Source: Candidatus Puniceispirillum sp. (GTDB taxonomy: Bacteria; Pseudomonadota; Alphaproteobacteria; Caedimonadales; UBA1908). Taken from it: a stretch of 64,000 nucleotides of DNA. The notes beneath the pieces are model-generated. The model did not search any database. It was given only the letters and a program-made list of their open reading frames with translations, and was not told the origin of the DNA. The DNA is taken from positions 192,500-256,499 of the forward strand of contig PNJU01000002.1 of assembly GCA_013822015.1 (NCBI GenBank), in the 5' to 3' direction. Positions 26,631 to 36,703 of the stretch are shown piece by piece. Every line of letters begins with the position of its first letter. Position 1 is the stretch's first letter. A program made the translations under genes and the position numbers.

Positions 26631-27293
26631 TCACATGGTGAAGGGGTAAAGCATAACCTGAAAAAGCGCGCTTTTGCCAGTATCGTGATTGTTTCTGATG
26701 AGATAGCGCACACCGTAATAGGGGTAATCATGAACAGCTGTGCTGCGCACAACATCCACGCCTTCAATGACAAAAGCTGGCACGCCCTCACGCGGACTGA
26801 GCAAATTTTGATAAATGCGCTGCAACACGTTACTTTGGCTGCGTTCAATGACGTACCACAGCTCTCCCTTATCATCTTTGTAGGTTATGTCCTTTGCGTA
26901 GAAAGAGCCATTGCAAGGGGTTGCTTCATCGGGACGGGCTAGAAAGGAGGGAAGTAGACCAGAAACACCCGCGCCACTTAAGTGATCAAGACCAACGCCA
27001 TTGTCTGCCTGACCAGAGCGTGCAAAAAACGAAAGATCTTCTTGAAAGATGGGCGCACGATTGGCAAAAACACACACTTCTTCCGGGGCACGGAACACAT
27101 CGGTATGAATGTACTCACCTCCACAAAAAAGTGTGTCGTAAATTTTCTTCACAAAACCAGGAACGGTGAGGGCGCGCCGCATGACATCGGTTTCTTCCCC
27201 GTGTGTTGCTTCCTCAGGGGTGGTTGCCTGCACGCAGGTTGACACCAAAAGCCCACATATTGCATAGCTCAAATGTCTCATGGGGACACTCAC
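26631..27293 (-). CDS. Secreted hypothetical protein, family B member 2
   Basis: Leader MSVPMRHLSYAICGLLVSTCVQA. Core PSFLARPDE...WYVIERSQSNVLQRIY...VDVVRSTAVHDYPYYGVRYLIRNNHDTGKSALFQVMLYPF. Confidence 0.72.
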   Translation of the reverse strand: MSVPMRHLSYAICGLLVSTCVQATTPEEATHGEETDVMRRALTVPGFVKKIYDTLFCGGEYIHTDVFRAPEEVCVFANRAPIFQEDLSFFARSGQADNGVGLDHLSGAGVSGLLPSFLARPDEATPCNGSFYAKDITYKDDKGELWYVIERSQSNVLQRIYQNLLSPREGVPAFVIEGVDVVRSTAVHDYPYYGVRYLIRNNHDTGKSALFQVMLYPFTM

Positions 27294-27459
27294 ATTATGT
27301 CAGTACGACATGTCATTGGACCATGATAGAGATGAAGGCGTCAAGGGGGCGCCAAAAGAGTGTCGGGTTGCGTGCCAAGGCTAGGCCATGGAAACGCGGC
27401 CCGCCTTGGTGAGTAAACACCTCATGGGGAGCCGCGTGACCAACGGCATTAGGACTTCA

Positions 27460-28014
27460 TCAAGATCCGGCACGTTCAAAAGGGTAAAGCGTAAATTGGA
27501 AAAGCACGGGTTTTCCAACATCTTTATTATTTCTGATGGTGTAGAGCACGCCGTAGTGGGCGGGACTCTTGAAAGCCGTGCTACGTACAACCCTTACGCC
27601 TTCAAAAACAAAATCAGAAACGCCTTGGGGAGCACTCTGGAGGGTGCTAAAGACAGGTTGCAAAGTATCACTCTGGCTACGCTCGATGACATACCAAGAA
27701 TTTCCTTTTTGATCTTTGTAGGTATGCTCCTTCGTGTAAAAGGAACCAACAGCTTCATTTTCTTGGTCTGGGCGCGCAAGAAAAGAAGGGATGCTGTCAA
27801 ATGCTGGCGCGTCGATGTCACTGGGATTAAGAAACATGCCGTGACGCACGTCACCACCAAAAAAAAGCTTTTCATAAACTTTTGCTTTAAAGCCACTGGT
27901 GGTGGCAGCCGTCGATGAGCCTTCCATTTCTTCACCAGGCATGCTGGACATCGCACTTGTTGATGCCAAGATCCCACATATTACATAATTCCAAAGCCTC
28001 ATAATAACCCTCAT
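27460..28014 (-). CDS. Secreted hypothetical protein, family B member 3
   Basis: Leader MRVIMRLWNYVICGILASTSAMS. Core PSFLARPDQ...WYVIERSQSDTLQPVF...VRVVRSTAFKSPAHYGVLYTIRNNKDVGKPVLFQFTLYPF. Confidence 0.72.
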   Translation of the reverse strand: MRVIMRLWNYVICGILASTSAMSSMPGEEMEGSSTAATTSGFKAKVYEKLFFGGDVRHGMFLNPSDIDAPAFDSIPSFLARPDQENEAVGSFYTKEHTYKDQKGNSWYVIERSQSDTLQPVFSTLQSAPQGVSDFVFEGVRVVRSTAFKSPAHYGVLYTIRNNKDVGKPVLFQFTLYPFERAGS

Positions 28015-28059
28015 TTTTTGACAAAAGACACGTCTGTTTACTGTGAATCTTTATTGATG

Positions 28060-28587
28060 TCAAGGGGTTGTCCGCATAAGTGGTTCGTAGAGAGAATAAG
28101 TTCCCGTTGCCTTTAGGTCATGCCCGAATGTAACGCGCACTTCATACCCATAGGTCACCCTATCGCTGAGTGTCCTATGACAAATTGCACCAAGAAAAGT
28201 TGTGCGCACAGGGGTCTGCTCATCAATCACAAAAGACATTTTATGGTTTGCAATCACGTACCAGTTTCTCTCATCCTGAGGATGGCTCCACCAAGGATTT
28301 TCAACATCAACAGCGCATCCTCCCACAACCTCTTTTTTGATCAAAAAGGGCGGCAATCGGTCTTCTTCAAACTGCGGGGGCGGCACACGAGACTCAAAGA
28401 CTTGTGCCGCCTGAGGATTCAAAGGAATATCTCCATCGATCAAAAGCCCCGCATGCATATGCCGGTCGTAAGCAACGACCTTTCTTTGTGAATTTATCTC
28501 CAACGGGTGCGTGTCGGTGCTTGCCAGCGTTGAGCCTGACCCAGAAATAGCCACCACAATCCAACCTAATAGATTCATTTTTTTCAT
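28060..28587 (-). CDS. Secreted hypothetical protein, divergent family B member 4
   Basis: Leader MKKMNLLGWIVVAISGSGSTLAS, resembling that of member 1. It retains PPFL...NWYVI...YGYEVRVTF...YSLYEP spacing. It starts 38 nt after the clpB stop. Confidence 0.6.
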   Translation of the reverse strand: MKKMNLLGWIVVAISGSGSTLASTDTHPLEINSQRKVVAYDRHMHAGLLIDGDIPLNPQAAQVFESRVPPPQFEEDRLPPFLIKKEVVGGCAVDVENPWWSHPQDERNWYVIANHKMSFVIDEQTPVRTTFLGAICHRTLSDRVTYGYEVRVTFGHDLKATGTYSLYEPLMRTTP

Positions 28588-28624
28588 TTTTATTTTCTCG
28601 TTCTTATTTTTAATGATGAACCTA

Positions 28625-31180
28625 TCACGCAAAAGTTAACGTATCTTTCTCAAGCCCCACGCGGATTGTTGTACCTGCTTTGCCCTCAAGAATCAGCGTG
28701 GCAATGGGATTTTGCACGTAGCGCTGAATCACACGCTTAAGGGGACGGGCGCCATATGCCGGATCGTACCCTTGGCGGCCCAGCCACGCCTTTGCCTCGT
28801 CGGACACCTCAAGGGTGATTTGCTTGGCCTCCAGAAGCGCCCGCAGATGGGACAGCTGAATATCCACAATGCGTCCCATATCTTGGGCGCCCAAGCGGTT
28901 AAAGAGAAGTATCTCATCAATACGGTTGATGAACTCGGGACGGAAAGACGCGCGCACCAGTTCCATGACCTCGTCCTTATGCGCGCTTGCTTTCTCGCCC
29001 TCGGGAAGGGCCGCCAAAATCTGCCCCCCAATGTTGGAGGTCATGATGATGAGGGTATTGGTGAAGTTCACCGTATGCCCCTGCCCGTCCGTCAAGCGTC
29101 CATCGTCCAGCACCTGGAGAAGAACGTTAAAGACATCCGGGTGGGCTTTTTCGATTTCATCAAAGAGCACCACCTGATAGGGCCTGCGCCGCACGGCCTC
29201 CGTTAGCGCGCCGCCTTCTTCATAGCCCACATATCCGGGAGGGGCACCGATCAGGCGTGAAACGGTGTGCTTTTCCATATACTCAGACATATCCAGGCGC
29301 ACCATGGCGTGGGGGTCGTTAAATAAGAAGGTCGCCAGCGCTTTGGTCAGCTCGGTCTTACCCACACCCGTGGGGCCCAAAAATAGGAAGGATCCCATGG
29401 GACGGTTGGGATCTTGAAGTCCCGCGCGCGCGCGCCTGACGGCCTGGGAGATGGCCTCCACCGCCTCGTTTTGCCCCACAACCTGGGCTTCTAGGTGAGA
29501 TTCCATGGAAAGGAGCTTTTCGCGCTCGCCTTCCAGCATCTTATCCACGGGCACCCCAGTCCAGCGCGATACTATGGCCGCGACGTCTTGGTCCGTGACC
29601 TCTTCTTGAACCATACGGGCACTCGCCCCCTCTTGGCGGGCTTTTAGCTTGCCTTCAAGGTCCGGGATAATGCCGTAGAGCAGCTCCCCTGCCCTGGCCA
29701 AATTCCCCTCACGCTGGGCGATCTCAAGCTCACTTCTGGCTTGATCCAGCTGCTCTTTGAGCTTTTGCTCACCTTGGAGGGTCTCTTTTTCCGCCATCCA
29801 GGCCGTTGTCAGCTCCAGAGACTGGGCTTCCAACTCTTTCAGCTCCTCCTCGAGGCTCACCAAGCGTTTTTTGGCGTCCTGGTCCGTTTCTTTCTTAAGG
29901 GCCTCGCGCTCAATCTTGAGCTGAATAATGCGCCGGTCCAGCTCATCAATATCCTCGGGCTTTGAGTCCACCTCCATGCGCAGACGGCTGGCAGCTTCGT
30001 CCACCAGATCAATGGCTTTATCGGGCAAGAAGCGGTCCGTGATATAACGATCGGATAGGGTCGCCGCCGCCACAATGGCGCCGTCTGTGATGCGAATGCC
30101 GTGGTGAAGCTCATACTTTTCCTTAAGACCACGCAGGATCGAAATGGTATCCACGACCGTTGGCTCACTCACAAACACAGGCTGAAAGCGCCTGGCCAGA
30201 GCCGCGTCTTTCTCAATATACTTACGATACTCGTCCAGGGTTGTGGCGCCCACACAGTGGAGCTCGCCCCTAGCCAACGCGGGCTTAAGCATGTTGGAGG
30301 CGTCCATGGCACCGTCGGCTTTTCCCGCCCCCACAAGGGTATGCAATTCATCAATAAAAAGAATGACGTTTCCTGCGGCGTTCCCGATTTCTTGCAGGAC
30401 GGCTTTGAGTCTTTCCTCAAACTCACCGCGGTACTTTGCCCCCGCAATCAGGGCACCCAGGTCGAGCGCCATGAGCTGCGTCCCGCGCAAAGACTCAGGC
30501 ACATCCTCCTTGACGATACGCGCAGCAAGCCCCTCTAAGATGGCAGTTTTTCCCACACCGGGCTCACCGATGAGCACGGGATTGTTTTTGGTGCGCCTTG
30601 ACAGGACCTGGATGGTGCGGCGAATTTCCTCGTCACGCCCAATGACCGGATCAAGCTTGCCAGCTCTGGCCAGGGCCGTGAGATCACGGGCGTATTTTTC
30701 AAGGGCAGCAAAGGTCTCCTCGGCTGTGGCGCTGTCGGCTTTGCGCCCTTTGCGCATTTGGTCAATGGCTTGATCCAGCTTTTGGCTGGTCACGCCAACC
30801 GCCGACAAGAGCGGTCCACAACTTGTGTGGGTAAGGGCCTGCAAAAGGCGCTCGAGCGTCACGAAGCGGTCCCCACCTTGGGTGGCGAGGTTTTCGGCGC
30901 GCTCAAGCATTTTGTTTGTTTCTTGATCCAGGTAAACTTGCCCGGCGCCAGCACCTTCAACCTTGGGCTGCTTTTCAAGGGATTTTTGCACGGCATTCAA
31001 AAGCGAAAACATGTCCGCTTCAAGGATGCGCAAAAGCCCCTGCACAGGTCCCTCGCTCTCTTCTAAAAGCGCCAGCAGCACATGCTCACACGTCAAACGC
31101 TGGTGTGCCCGGCGCGCAGCCAAGGTTTGGGCGTTTTGCAACACCTCTTTTGTTTTTTCTGAATAGCGAGATAAATCCAT
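28625..31180 (-). CDS. clpB: Chaperone/disaggregase ClpB
   Basis: 851 aa with two AAA+ modules ([10 protein letters not shown]; [10 protein letters not shown]) and a middle coiled-coil domain. The sequence is ClpB-like over its full length. Confidence 0.97.
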   Translation of the reverse strand: MDLSRYSEKTKEVLQNAQTLAARRAHQRLTCEHVLLALLEESEGPVQGLLRILEADMFSLLNAVQKSLEKQPKVEGAGAGQVYLDQETNKMLERAENLATQGGDRFVTLERLLQALTHTSCGPLLSAVGVTSQKLDQAIDQMRKGRKADSATAEETFAALEKYARDLTALARAGKLDPVIGRDEEIRRTIQVLSRRTKNNPVLIGEPGVGKTAILEGLAARIVKEDVPESLRGTQLMALDLGALIAGAKYRGEFEERLKAVLQEIGNAAGNVILFIDELHTLVGAGKADGAMDASNMLKPALARGELHCVGATTLDEYRKYIEKDAALARRFQPVFVSEPTVVDTISILRGLKEKYELHHGIRITDGAIVAAATLSDRYITDRFLPDKAIDLVDEAASRLRMEVDSKPEDIDELDRRIIQLKIEREALKKETDQDAKKRLVSLEEELKELEAQSLELTTAWMAEKETLQGEQKLKEQLDQARSELEIAQREGNLARAGELLYGIIPDLEGKLKARQEGASARMVQEEVTDQDVAAIVSRWTGVPVDKMLEGEREKLLSMESHLEAQVVGQNEAVEAISQAVRRARAGLQDPNRPMGSFLFLGPTGVGKTELTKALATFLFNDPHAMVRLDMSEYMEKHTVSRLIGAPPGYVGYEEGGALTEAVRRRPYQVVLFDEIEKAHPDVFNVLLQVLDDGRLTDGQGHTVNFTNTLIIMTSNIGGQILAALPEGEKASAHKDEVMELVRASFRPEFINRIDEILLFNRLGAQDMGRIVDIQLSHLRALLEAKQITLEVSDEAKAWLGRQGYDPAYGARPLKRVIQRYVQNPIATLILEGKAGTTIRVGLEKDTLTFA

Positions 31181-31219
31181 GGTAACCTTCCTTAAAAAGC
31201 GTTAGTTAAGGCGTGACTT

Positions 31220-31250
31220 ATATATACCAAAATTGACGCACGGCGCCAAG
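31220..31250 (-). promoter_or_regulatory. Possible RpoH (sigma32)-type promoter upstream of clpB
   Basis: The minus strand reads CTTG-N18-GGTATAT about 40 nt upstream of the clpB ATG. This partly matches the alphaproteobacterial heat-shock consensus CTTG-N17/18-CYTATNT. Confidence 0.3.
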
Positions 31251-31272
31251 CACCATAGGGAGAGACAACACC

Positions 31273-32286
31273 ATGGACACCCAAGCGAAATCCTTGGAGC
31301 GGGGACTTTGGGTCACCTTCTTTATGATTTTTATCATGATCATACTAGGTGGCGTCACGCGCCTGACGGGTTCAGGTCTGTCCATTGTAGAGTGGAAGCC
31401 CATCACGGGCATCCTGCCCCCCTTAAGCGCCCAGGATTGGGACGCCCTTTTTGCCCAGTATCAAACGTCCCCCGAGTTTCAAAAAATTAACAGCGATATG
31501 ACGCTTGAGGGCTTTAAGGGAATCTTCTGGCTTGAATATGTACACCGCTTGTGGGGCCGCCTTATTGGCCTCGTGTTTTTGTGGCCCCTTATTGTGTGCG
31601 CGCGCGACCATGAGCTTAGGCGCGAGTTCCTCGATAAGCTGCTTATTATTTTAGGGTTAGGCGGCGCCCAAGGCTTTGTTGGCTGGCTTATGGTCAAAAG
31701 TGGACTAACAAACGAGCCCCATGTGGACCACCTGCGCCTTGCCTTTCACTTTATGCTGGGCGTGGCCACGTTTGCTTTTGTGCTGTGGACGGCCCTTAGC
31801 GTCAAACTGCATAAAGGCGACATTGAAAAAGATTTAGTAAACCGCGATTTTCTATTGATCATTGGCGTGCTTGTGACGCTCACACTTTTTTACGGTGCCC
31901 TTGTGGCGGGCCTCAAAGCCGGCCTGATATATAACACCTTCCCCCTTATGGGAGAAACCTGGATTCCCTTAGAGTTCTTCAACCCTAACTTTAATCTTGG
32001 TTATTTCTTAAATGATCCCGGTGTTGTGCAGTTCACCCACCGGTGTTTGGCTATGCTGACCTGTGTATCAGCTCTCATTCTTTTGGGTCAGTCAAGCCAG
32101 TTCAGTACGATCTTGCGCCCCCTCGTCTTTGGCCTTTTCATGGCGATCCTTTTTCAGGCAGGCCTTGGGATCATGACGGTTCTCACCCATGTGTCCATCC
32201 CACTGGCCTCGCTCCACCAAACGGTGGCCATGATCGTTATAGCGATTTTGACATCGCTTCTTGCGCTGACTGAGCAAGAGCGCTAA
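31273..32286 (+). CDS. ctaA: Heme A synthase (COX15/CtaA)
   Basis: 337 aa and polytopic. GGVTRLTGSGLSIVEWKPITGILPPLS..W...F..YQTSPEF...YVHRLWGRL is typical of type 2 CtaA. Confidence 0.85.
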   Translation: MDTQAKSLERGLWVTFFMIFIMIILGGVTRLTGSGLSIVEWKPITGILPPLSAQDWDALFAQYQTSPEFQKINSDMTLEGFKGIFWLEYVHRLWGRLIGLVFLWPLIVCARDHELRREFLDKLLIILGLGGAQGFVGWLMVKSGLTNEPHVDHLRLAFHFMLGVATFAFVLWTALSVKLHKGDIEKDLVNRDFLLIIGVLVTLTLFYGALVAGLKAGLIYNTFPLMGETWIPLEFFNPNFNLGYFLNDPGVVQFTHRCLAMLTCVSALILLGQSSQFSTILRPLVFGLFMAILFQAGLGIMTVLTHVSIPLASLHQTVAMIVIAILTSLLALTEQER

Positions 32287-33460
32287 TACCTGGCAGCTCC
32301 TTTCCTTCTAGAAACTCAAGGAAGGCGCCTCCCGCCAGGGAGATATAACTGAAGAGATTGGCCGCGCCCGCCTGGGACAGGGCCGCAACGGTCTCACCAC
32401 CACCACCAATGGAAAAGAGGCTCCCCATCTGGGTGAGCCTAGCTGCTTCGCGGGCCAGGGCGACGGTTCCTTTATGGAAGGGCGGGGTTTCAAAAACGCC
32501 AAGGGGCCCGTTCCAAACAAGGGTTGCGGACTTATCCAGGAAAGAGGAAAACGTCGCCACGGACAAAGGACCTATGTCGAACATTTTTTCCTCAGGCGCA
32601 ATGTCCTCTAAGGCACATGTGCGCACATTTGTCCCTGCCGTATCCAGCGCCACAACGGCGTCTTGGGGCAAGACAATCTGGCATCCGCGTGCGCGGGCTT
32701 TTTCCATCACATCACGGGCGGTTCCCAGCATGGACATCTCAACAAGGGAGCCCCCCATCCCGAAACCTTGAGCGCGCAAGAACGTGTTGGCAATGCCTCC
32801 CCCCAACATCAAAATGTCCACTTTTTGAATGAGGTTTTCAAGAAGGGCAAGCTTGGTGGAGATTTTTGAGCCTGCTACCACGGCGCAAAGAGGGCGGGTA
32901 GGGGCGGCCAACGCCTTTGTAAGCGCATCGACCTCGCGCACCAGGCACGTCCCGCCAAAGGCTGGCAAAAGGTGAGCAATGGCCTCCACGGATGCGTGCG
33001 CCCGGTGGGATACGGAAAAAGCATCGTTCACGTAAAAGTCCCCAAGGGCCGCAAGCTCCCTGGCAAAGTCCATGTCATTGGCCTCTTCCCGAGGATCAAA
33101 GCGCGCATTCTCAAGAAGCAAAACCTCGCCCGAAAGCATGGCCCGCACTTGAGCGGCTGCGTCCTGGCCCGTTGTCTCACGGCAAAAGGCAACCTTTGTT
33201 CCTAAAAGCGTGCCCATGGGCTCCACAAGAAAAGACAATGATAGTGCGGGGTCACGTCCACTGGGGCGCCCAAAATGTGACATAAGAATCACCTTCGCCC
33301 CGCGCTGCATCAGATCTTTGAGGGTGGGGATTGTCGCCCGCAAGCGCGCGTCATCGAGAATCACATGATCTTTGACGGGAACGTTCAGATCCAGGCGCAC
33401 AAGAACGCGCTTTCCTTTGACCTCTGTATCCTTGATGTTTTTCAGTGCCACGTTATGCAT
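32237..33460 (-). CDS. pgk: Phosphoglycerate kinase
   Basis: Starts MHNVALKNIKDTEVKGKRVLVRLDLNVPV at the ATG at 33460. The track start at 33643 adds 61 non-homologous residues. Contains GGGIANTF and WNGPLGVFE. Confidence 0.93.
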   Translation of the reverse strand: MHNVALKNIKDTEVKGKRVLVRLDLNVPVKDHVILDDARLRATIPTLKDLMQRGAKVILMSHFGRPSGRDPALSLSFLVEPMGTLLGTKVAFCRETTGQDAAAQVRAMLSGEVLLLENARFDPREEANDMDFARELAALGDFYVNDAFSVSHRAHASVEAIAHLLPAFGGTCLVREVDALTKALAAPTRPLCAVVAGSKISTKLALLENLIQKVDILMLGGGIANTFLRAQGFGMGGSLVEMSMLGTARDVMEKARARGCQIVLPQDAVVALDTAGTNVRTCALEDIAPEEKMFDIGPLSVATFSSFLDKSATLVWNGPLGVFETPPFHKGTVALAREAARLTQMGSLFSIGGGGETVAALSQAGAANLFSYISLAGGAFLEFLEGKELPGISALAQSAQEAMSKSL

Positions 33461-33531
33461 CTTTTCTGGACCCCTTGCCTCAAAGGCGTTAGTGTGAGTT
33501 CTGGTCGTCATCTTAGCATGTATCTTGTCCC

Positions 33532-36500
33532 GTGCCCACACTTGCCCTGTCATATGACGTTTGTTTTCAGGATCTTTACACGGCAAAAGGGATTGCACGC
33601 ATCGACGCGCATTTCCTCGATTGGCTTGAAAAGCAGGCACCAAACGCCCACGAAACGCTCATCACGCTGAGAAAAAAACCCATTTCGGACAAGAGCCCCG
33701 CTTACAGCGATTTTCTTGTGACCTTAGCGCCCTACGCGGCGCGCTTTGCGCAGCATCTTTTTCAAGTTCCCCCGCTTCAAAATCCCCTTGAAGGATTGCA
33801 AAAGCTTGCGGACTTTCGAAGGCTCTTCGTGGGCAAGCGCGTCCTGCCCGGACTCAAGGACGGCACCATCTCGCCCCTTTTTGACGAAGCGCTTGACGCC
33901 ATGGACGAGGTGGATTTTGCAACCAGGGCCTTGGGCGGAGATGATCCTGACTTCGTGGCACGCACCCTCGCTCACACGGCGTGGGCTGTGACACAAGACA
34001 AACCGCGCAAGCTTTTTACTGGCCCCCAGCCGACTGACTATGACCATCTTCTTGACGCGCACGAGACCCCTCGGGGCATTGTCGCATGCAAAACCCACCC
34101 GCGCATGGGGTTTGATCTGACCCACACACCCCTTGCCCCCCAAGACGCCTTTCTTGAGGCCAGAGCCTGTCTATATTGCCACAAAAGAGATAAGGACTCC
34201 TGCGCCAAGGGTCTGAGAAGCCCTGACGGCATTCCCCAAACAAATCCGCTGGGCGAGGCATTGACGGGCTGCCCCCTGGGGCAAAAAATTTCCCAGATGG
34301 CGTATCTCAAGGCCCAAGGCGAGCCTCTGGCGGCCCTCATTGTTGCCTGCCTTGACAATCCGCTTCTGGCGGCAACGGGGGACCGGATTTGCACGGATTG
34401 CTCCCGCGCGTGCATCTTTCAAAAGCAAACGCCCATCGATATCCCCGCCCTTGAAAGTGCCATCTTTGAGGAGGTCCTTCACAGCCCCTGGGGCTTTGAG
34501 ATCTACAGCCTTTTCACCCGCTGGTCTCCCCTGTCCTTGACCCGCCCTGTGCCAGGCGACTCTACCGGTCACACGCTCCTTGTGGCGGGGATGGGGCCCA
34601 GCGGCATCACCATGAGTCACCATCTGATGAACGCAGGCCACACCGTCGTGGCGCTGGAGGGACTGGCGGTGGCCCCTGTGTCCCACGATCTTCTGACAAC
34701 CCCCATTTATGACGTGAATGAGTCCCTCTACACACCCCTTTCCCAGAGGCAGGTCAGTGGTTTTGGAGGGGTGGCAGAATACGGCATCACCGTGCGCTGG
34801 GACAAAAACCGTCTGATGATCCTGCGCCTTTTGTTGGAGCGTCGTAAAGAATTCACTCTCCTTGGCAGCACCCGCCTTGGTAGTCAAATCACGCCCCAGC
34901 AAGCCCTGGGCATGGGCTTCTCCCACGTCGCCCTATGCTTAGGGGCCGGCGCCCCCCATGTGCCAGACAACGTCGACACGCTCCCGCGCGGCGTGCGCAC
35001 GGCGTCGGACTTTCTCATGACCCTCCACACGGGCGGCGCCTACCTTGAGAATTCCTTCAGTACACTGACCCTGCGCCTACCTCTTTATGTCCTGGGCGGG
35101 GGGCTGACGGCTGTGGACACGGCGACGGAGGCCCTTGCTTACTATCCTCTTCAAGTGAAGCGCTTTGCCCGGCGCTACCGCCAGCTTGTGGAGGCCACAA
35201 GCAAGGAAGAAACAAATGCCCTTTGGACCACTCAAGAGCATGAAGAGGTCGCAACTTTTCTCGCGCACGCGCGCGCCCTTGAAGAGGAAGACGCCCTTGC
35301 CCAAAAAGAATCGCGCGCACCAAATTATCTGCCCCTCCTCACTGCTTGGGGTGGCGCACACATTCTTTATCGCAGCGCCCTCACCAAGGCCCCCGCTTAC
35401 CGCAAAGGCGCCCATGAGCTTCAAATGGCACTGGAAGAAGGCATCGTCGTGCAGAACGAGACCCAGCTTCACAGCCTGATCACTGACGCCCAGAACCGCT
35501 TGACCGGCCTACGTGTGACGCGCAGTGGTGCCTTGGAGGATCTGCCGGCTGGCACCCTTCTCATTGCGTCGGGCACCCTGGAGAACGCGCAGCTCCCCCG
35601 CACCCAGGATCCCCGCATCTCTTTTCACGGAGATATGGACGACGCTTACCGGGGCAGCGTCGTGGGCGCCATGGCCAGCGCCACCCACGGTGCCCGCGCC
35701 ATCTGTGAAACCCTTTCCCACCAGACCCCGGCACCCACAGGCGCGCAGGATCTCGCAAAAGCTCTTAGGAAAGATACCCAGGCTTACGTGGAAAGCCTCA
35801 TACAGCTCACCCCCACCACCTGGGAAATTATCCTTTTTACGCCGGCAGCCGCGCGCGCCTTCCAGCCTGGCCAATTTTTCCGCCTCCAGTGTGCCACAGG
35901 GCCCTTTAAGACCGAGCCGCTTGCCCTCACTGGCGCCCATGTGGACGTAGACAAAGGACTCCTGTCCCTCATTATTCTTGATAGCGGCGCCAGCAGTTAT
36001 CTCACAGGTTTTCTTAAGAAAGGTGATCCTGTCAGTCTCATGGGGCCCACGGGCGCGCCTACGCCCCTTCCCCATGGCAAAAAAGTGCTCCTCATTGGGG
36101 GTGGCCTTGGGAACGCGGTCCTGTTCTCCATTGGCAGGGCGCTAACGTCGCGAGGGTGCCACGTGCTTTATGTGGCTGGTTATCGCAGCGCTGAACATAT
36201 TTTCAAAAAAGAAGATGTAGAGGCGAGCTCTACCCAGGTGATCTGGGCCTGCGAAGAAGGCGCTGCCCCTGCCCCAGGACGTCCGGGTGACGTGGCAGTA
36301 ACTGGTACAGTCATTGACGCGCTGGGGGCTTACACACGGGCACCTCATGCAAGCTGCTTGAACGGCGCACCTGATTTTGTCCTGACCATTGGATCCGCAG
36401 GCATGATGGAGGCGGTTGCACACGCCATGGGGGATCCTTTCTTCAATAAAGCACGCACATTGGCGAGCCTCAACAGCCCCATGCAGTGTATGATGAAGGG

Positions 36501-36693
36501 CATTTGTGGCGCGTGTTTGCAACCAGGGCGTGACGCGCGCACAAAAAAGAGGTATATGTTTTTTTCTTGTACCTGCCAAGATCAGCCGTTACAAGAAATT
36601 GACTTCGTGTCTCTCAAGGCACGACTTACGCAAAACATATTAGAAGAGAAATTAAACAGCGCGTGGGTACGCAAGGTTCCGCCCCCCGCCTAA
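33532..36693 (+). CDS. Large fused FAD/NAD(P)-dependent oxidoreductase (GltD/NfnB-like module plus PyrK/NfnA-like ferredoxin-reductase module)
   Basis: 1053 aa. Cys clusters are CLYCHKRDKDSC...GCPLGQ...CTDCSRAC. The dinucleotide fold is LLVAGMGPSGITMSHHLMNAGHTVVALE. The C-terminal FNR-like part has FQPGQFFRL...LLIGGGLGNAVLFSIG and a [2Fe-2S]-type motif CMMKGICGACL...FFSCTC. Confidence 0.7.
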   Translation: MPTLALSYDVCFQDLYTAKGIARIDAHFLDWLEKQAPNAHETLITLRKKPISDKSPAYSDFLVTLAPYAARFAQHLFQVPPLQNPLEGLQKLADFRRLFVGKRVLPGLKDGTISPLFDEALDAMDEVDFATRALGGDDPDFVARTLAHTAWAVTQDKPRKLFTGPQPTDYDHLLDAHETPRGIVACKTHPRMGFDLTHTPLAPQDAFLEARACLYCHKRDKDSCAKGLRSPDGIPQTNPLGEALTGCPLGQKISQMAYLKAQGEPLAALIVACLDNPLLAATGDRICTDCSRACIFQKQTPIDIPALESAIFEEVLHSPWGFEIYSLFTRWSPLSLTRPVPGDSTGHTLLVAGMGPSGITMSHHLMNAGHTVVALEGLAVAPVSHDLLTTPIYDVNESLYTPLSQRQVSGFGGVAEYGITVRWDKNRLMILRLLLERRKEFTLLGSTRLGSQITPQQALGMGFSHVALCLGAGAPHVPDNVDTLPRGVRTASDFLMTLHTGGAYLENSFSTLTLRLPLYVLGGGLTAVDTATEALAYYPLQVKRFARRYRQLVEATSKEETNALWTTQEHEEVATFLAHARALEEEDALAQKESRAPNYLPLLTAWGGAHILYRSALTKAPAYRKGAHELQMALEEGIVVQNETQLHSLITDAQNRLTGLRVTRSGALEDLPAGTLLIASGTLENAQLPRTQDPRISFHGDMDDAYRGSVVGAMASATHGARAICETLSHQTPAPTGAQDLAKALRKDTQAYVESLIQLTPTTWEIILFTPAAARAFQPGQFFRLQCATGPFKTEPLALTGAHVDVDKGLLSLIILDSGASSYLTGFLKKGDPVSLMGPTGAPTPLPHGKKVLLIGGGLGNAVLFSIGRALTSRGCHVLYVAGYRSAEHIFKKEDVEASSTQVIWACEEGAAPAPGRPGDVAVTGTVIDALGAYTRAPHASCLNGAPDFVLTIGSAGMMEAVAHAMGDPFFNKARTLASLNSPMQCMMKGICGACLQPGRDARTKKRYMFFSCTCQDQPLQEIDFVSLKARLTQNILEEKLNSAWVRKVPPPA

Positions 36694-36703
36694 GGAGTAT
36701 AAC

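Noticed and set aside
34171-34926. 251-aa minus-strand ORF inside the large oxidoreductase gene
   Set aside because: It is antisense to a region carrying the GxGxxG dinucleotide-binding motif on the + strand, and it has no motif of its own.
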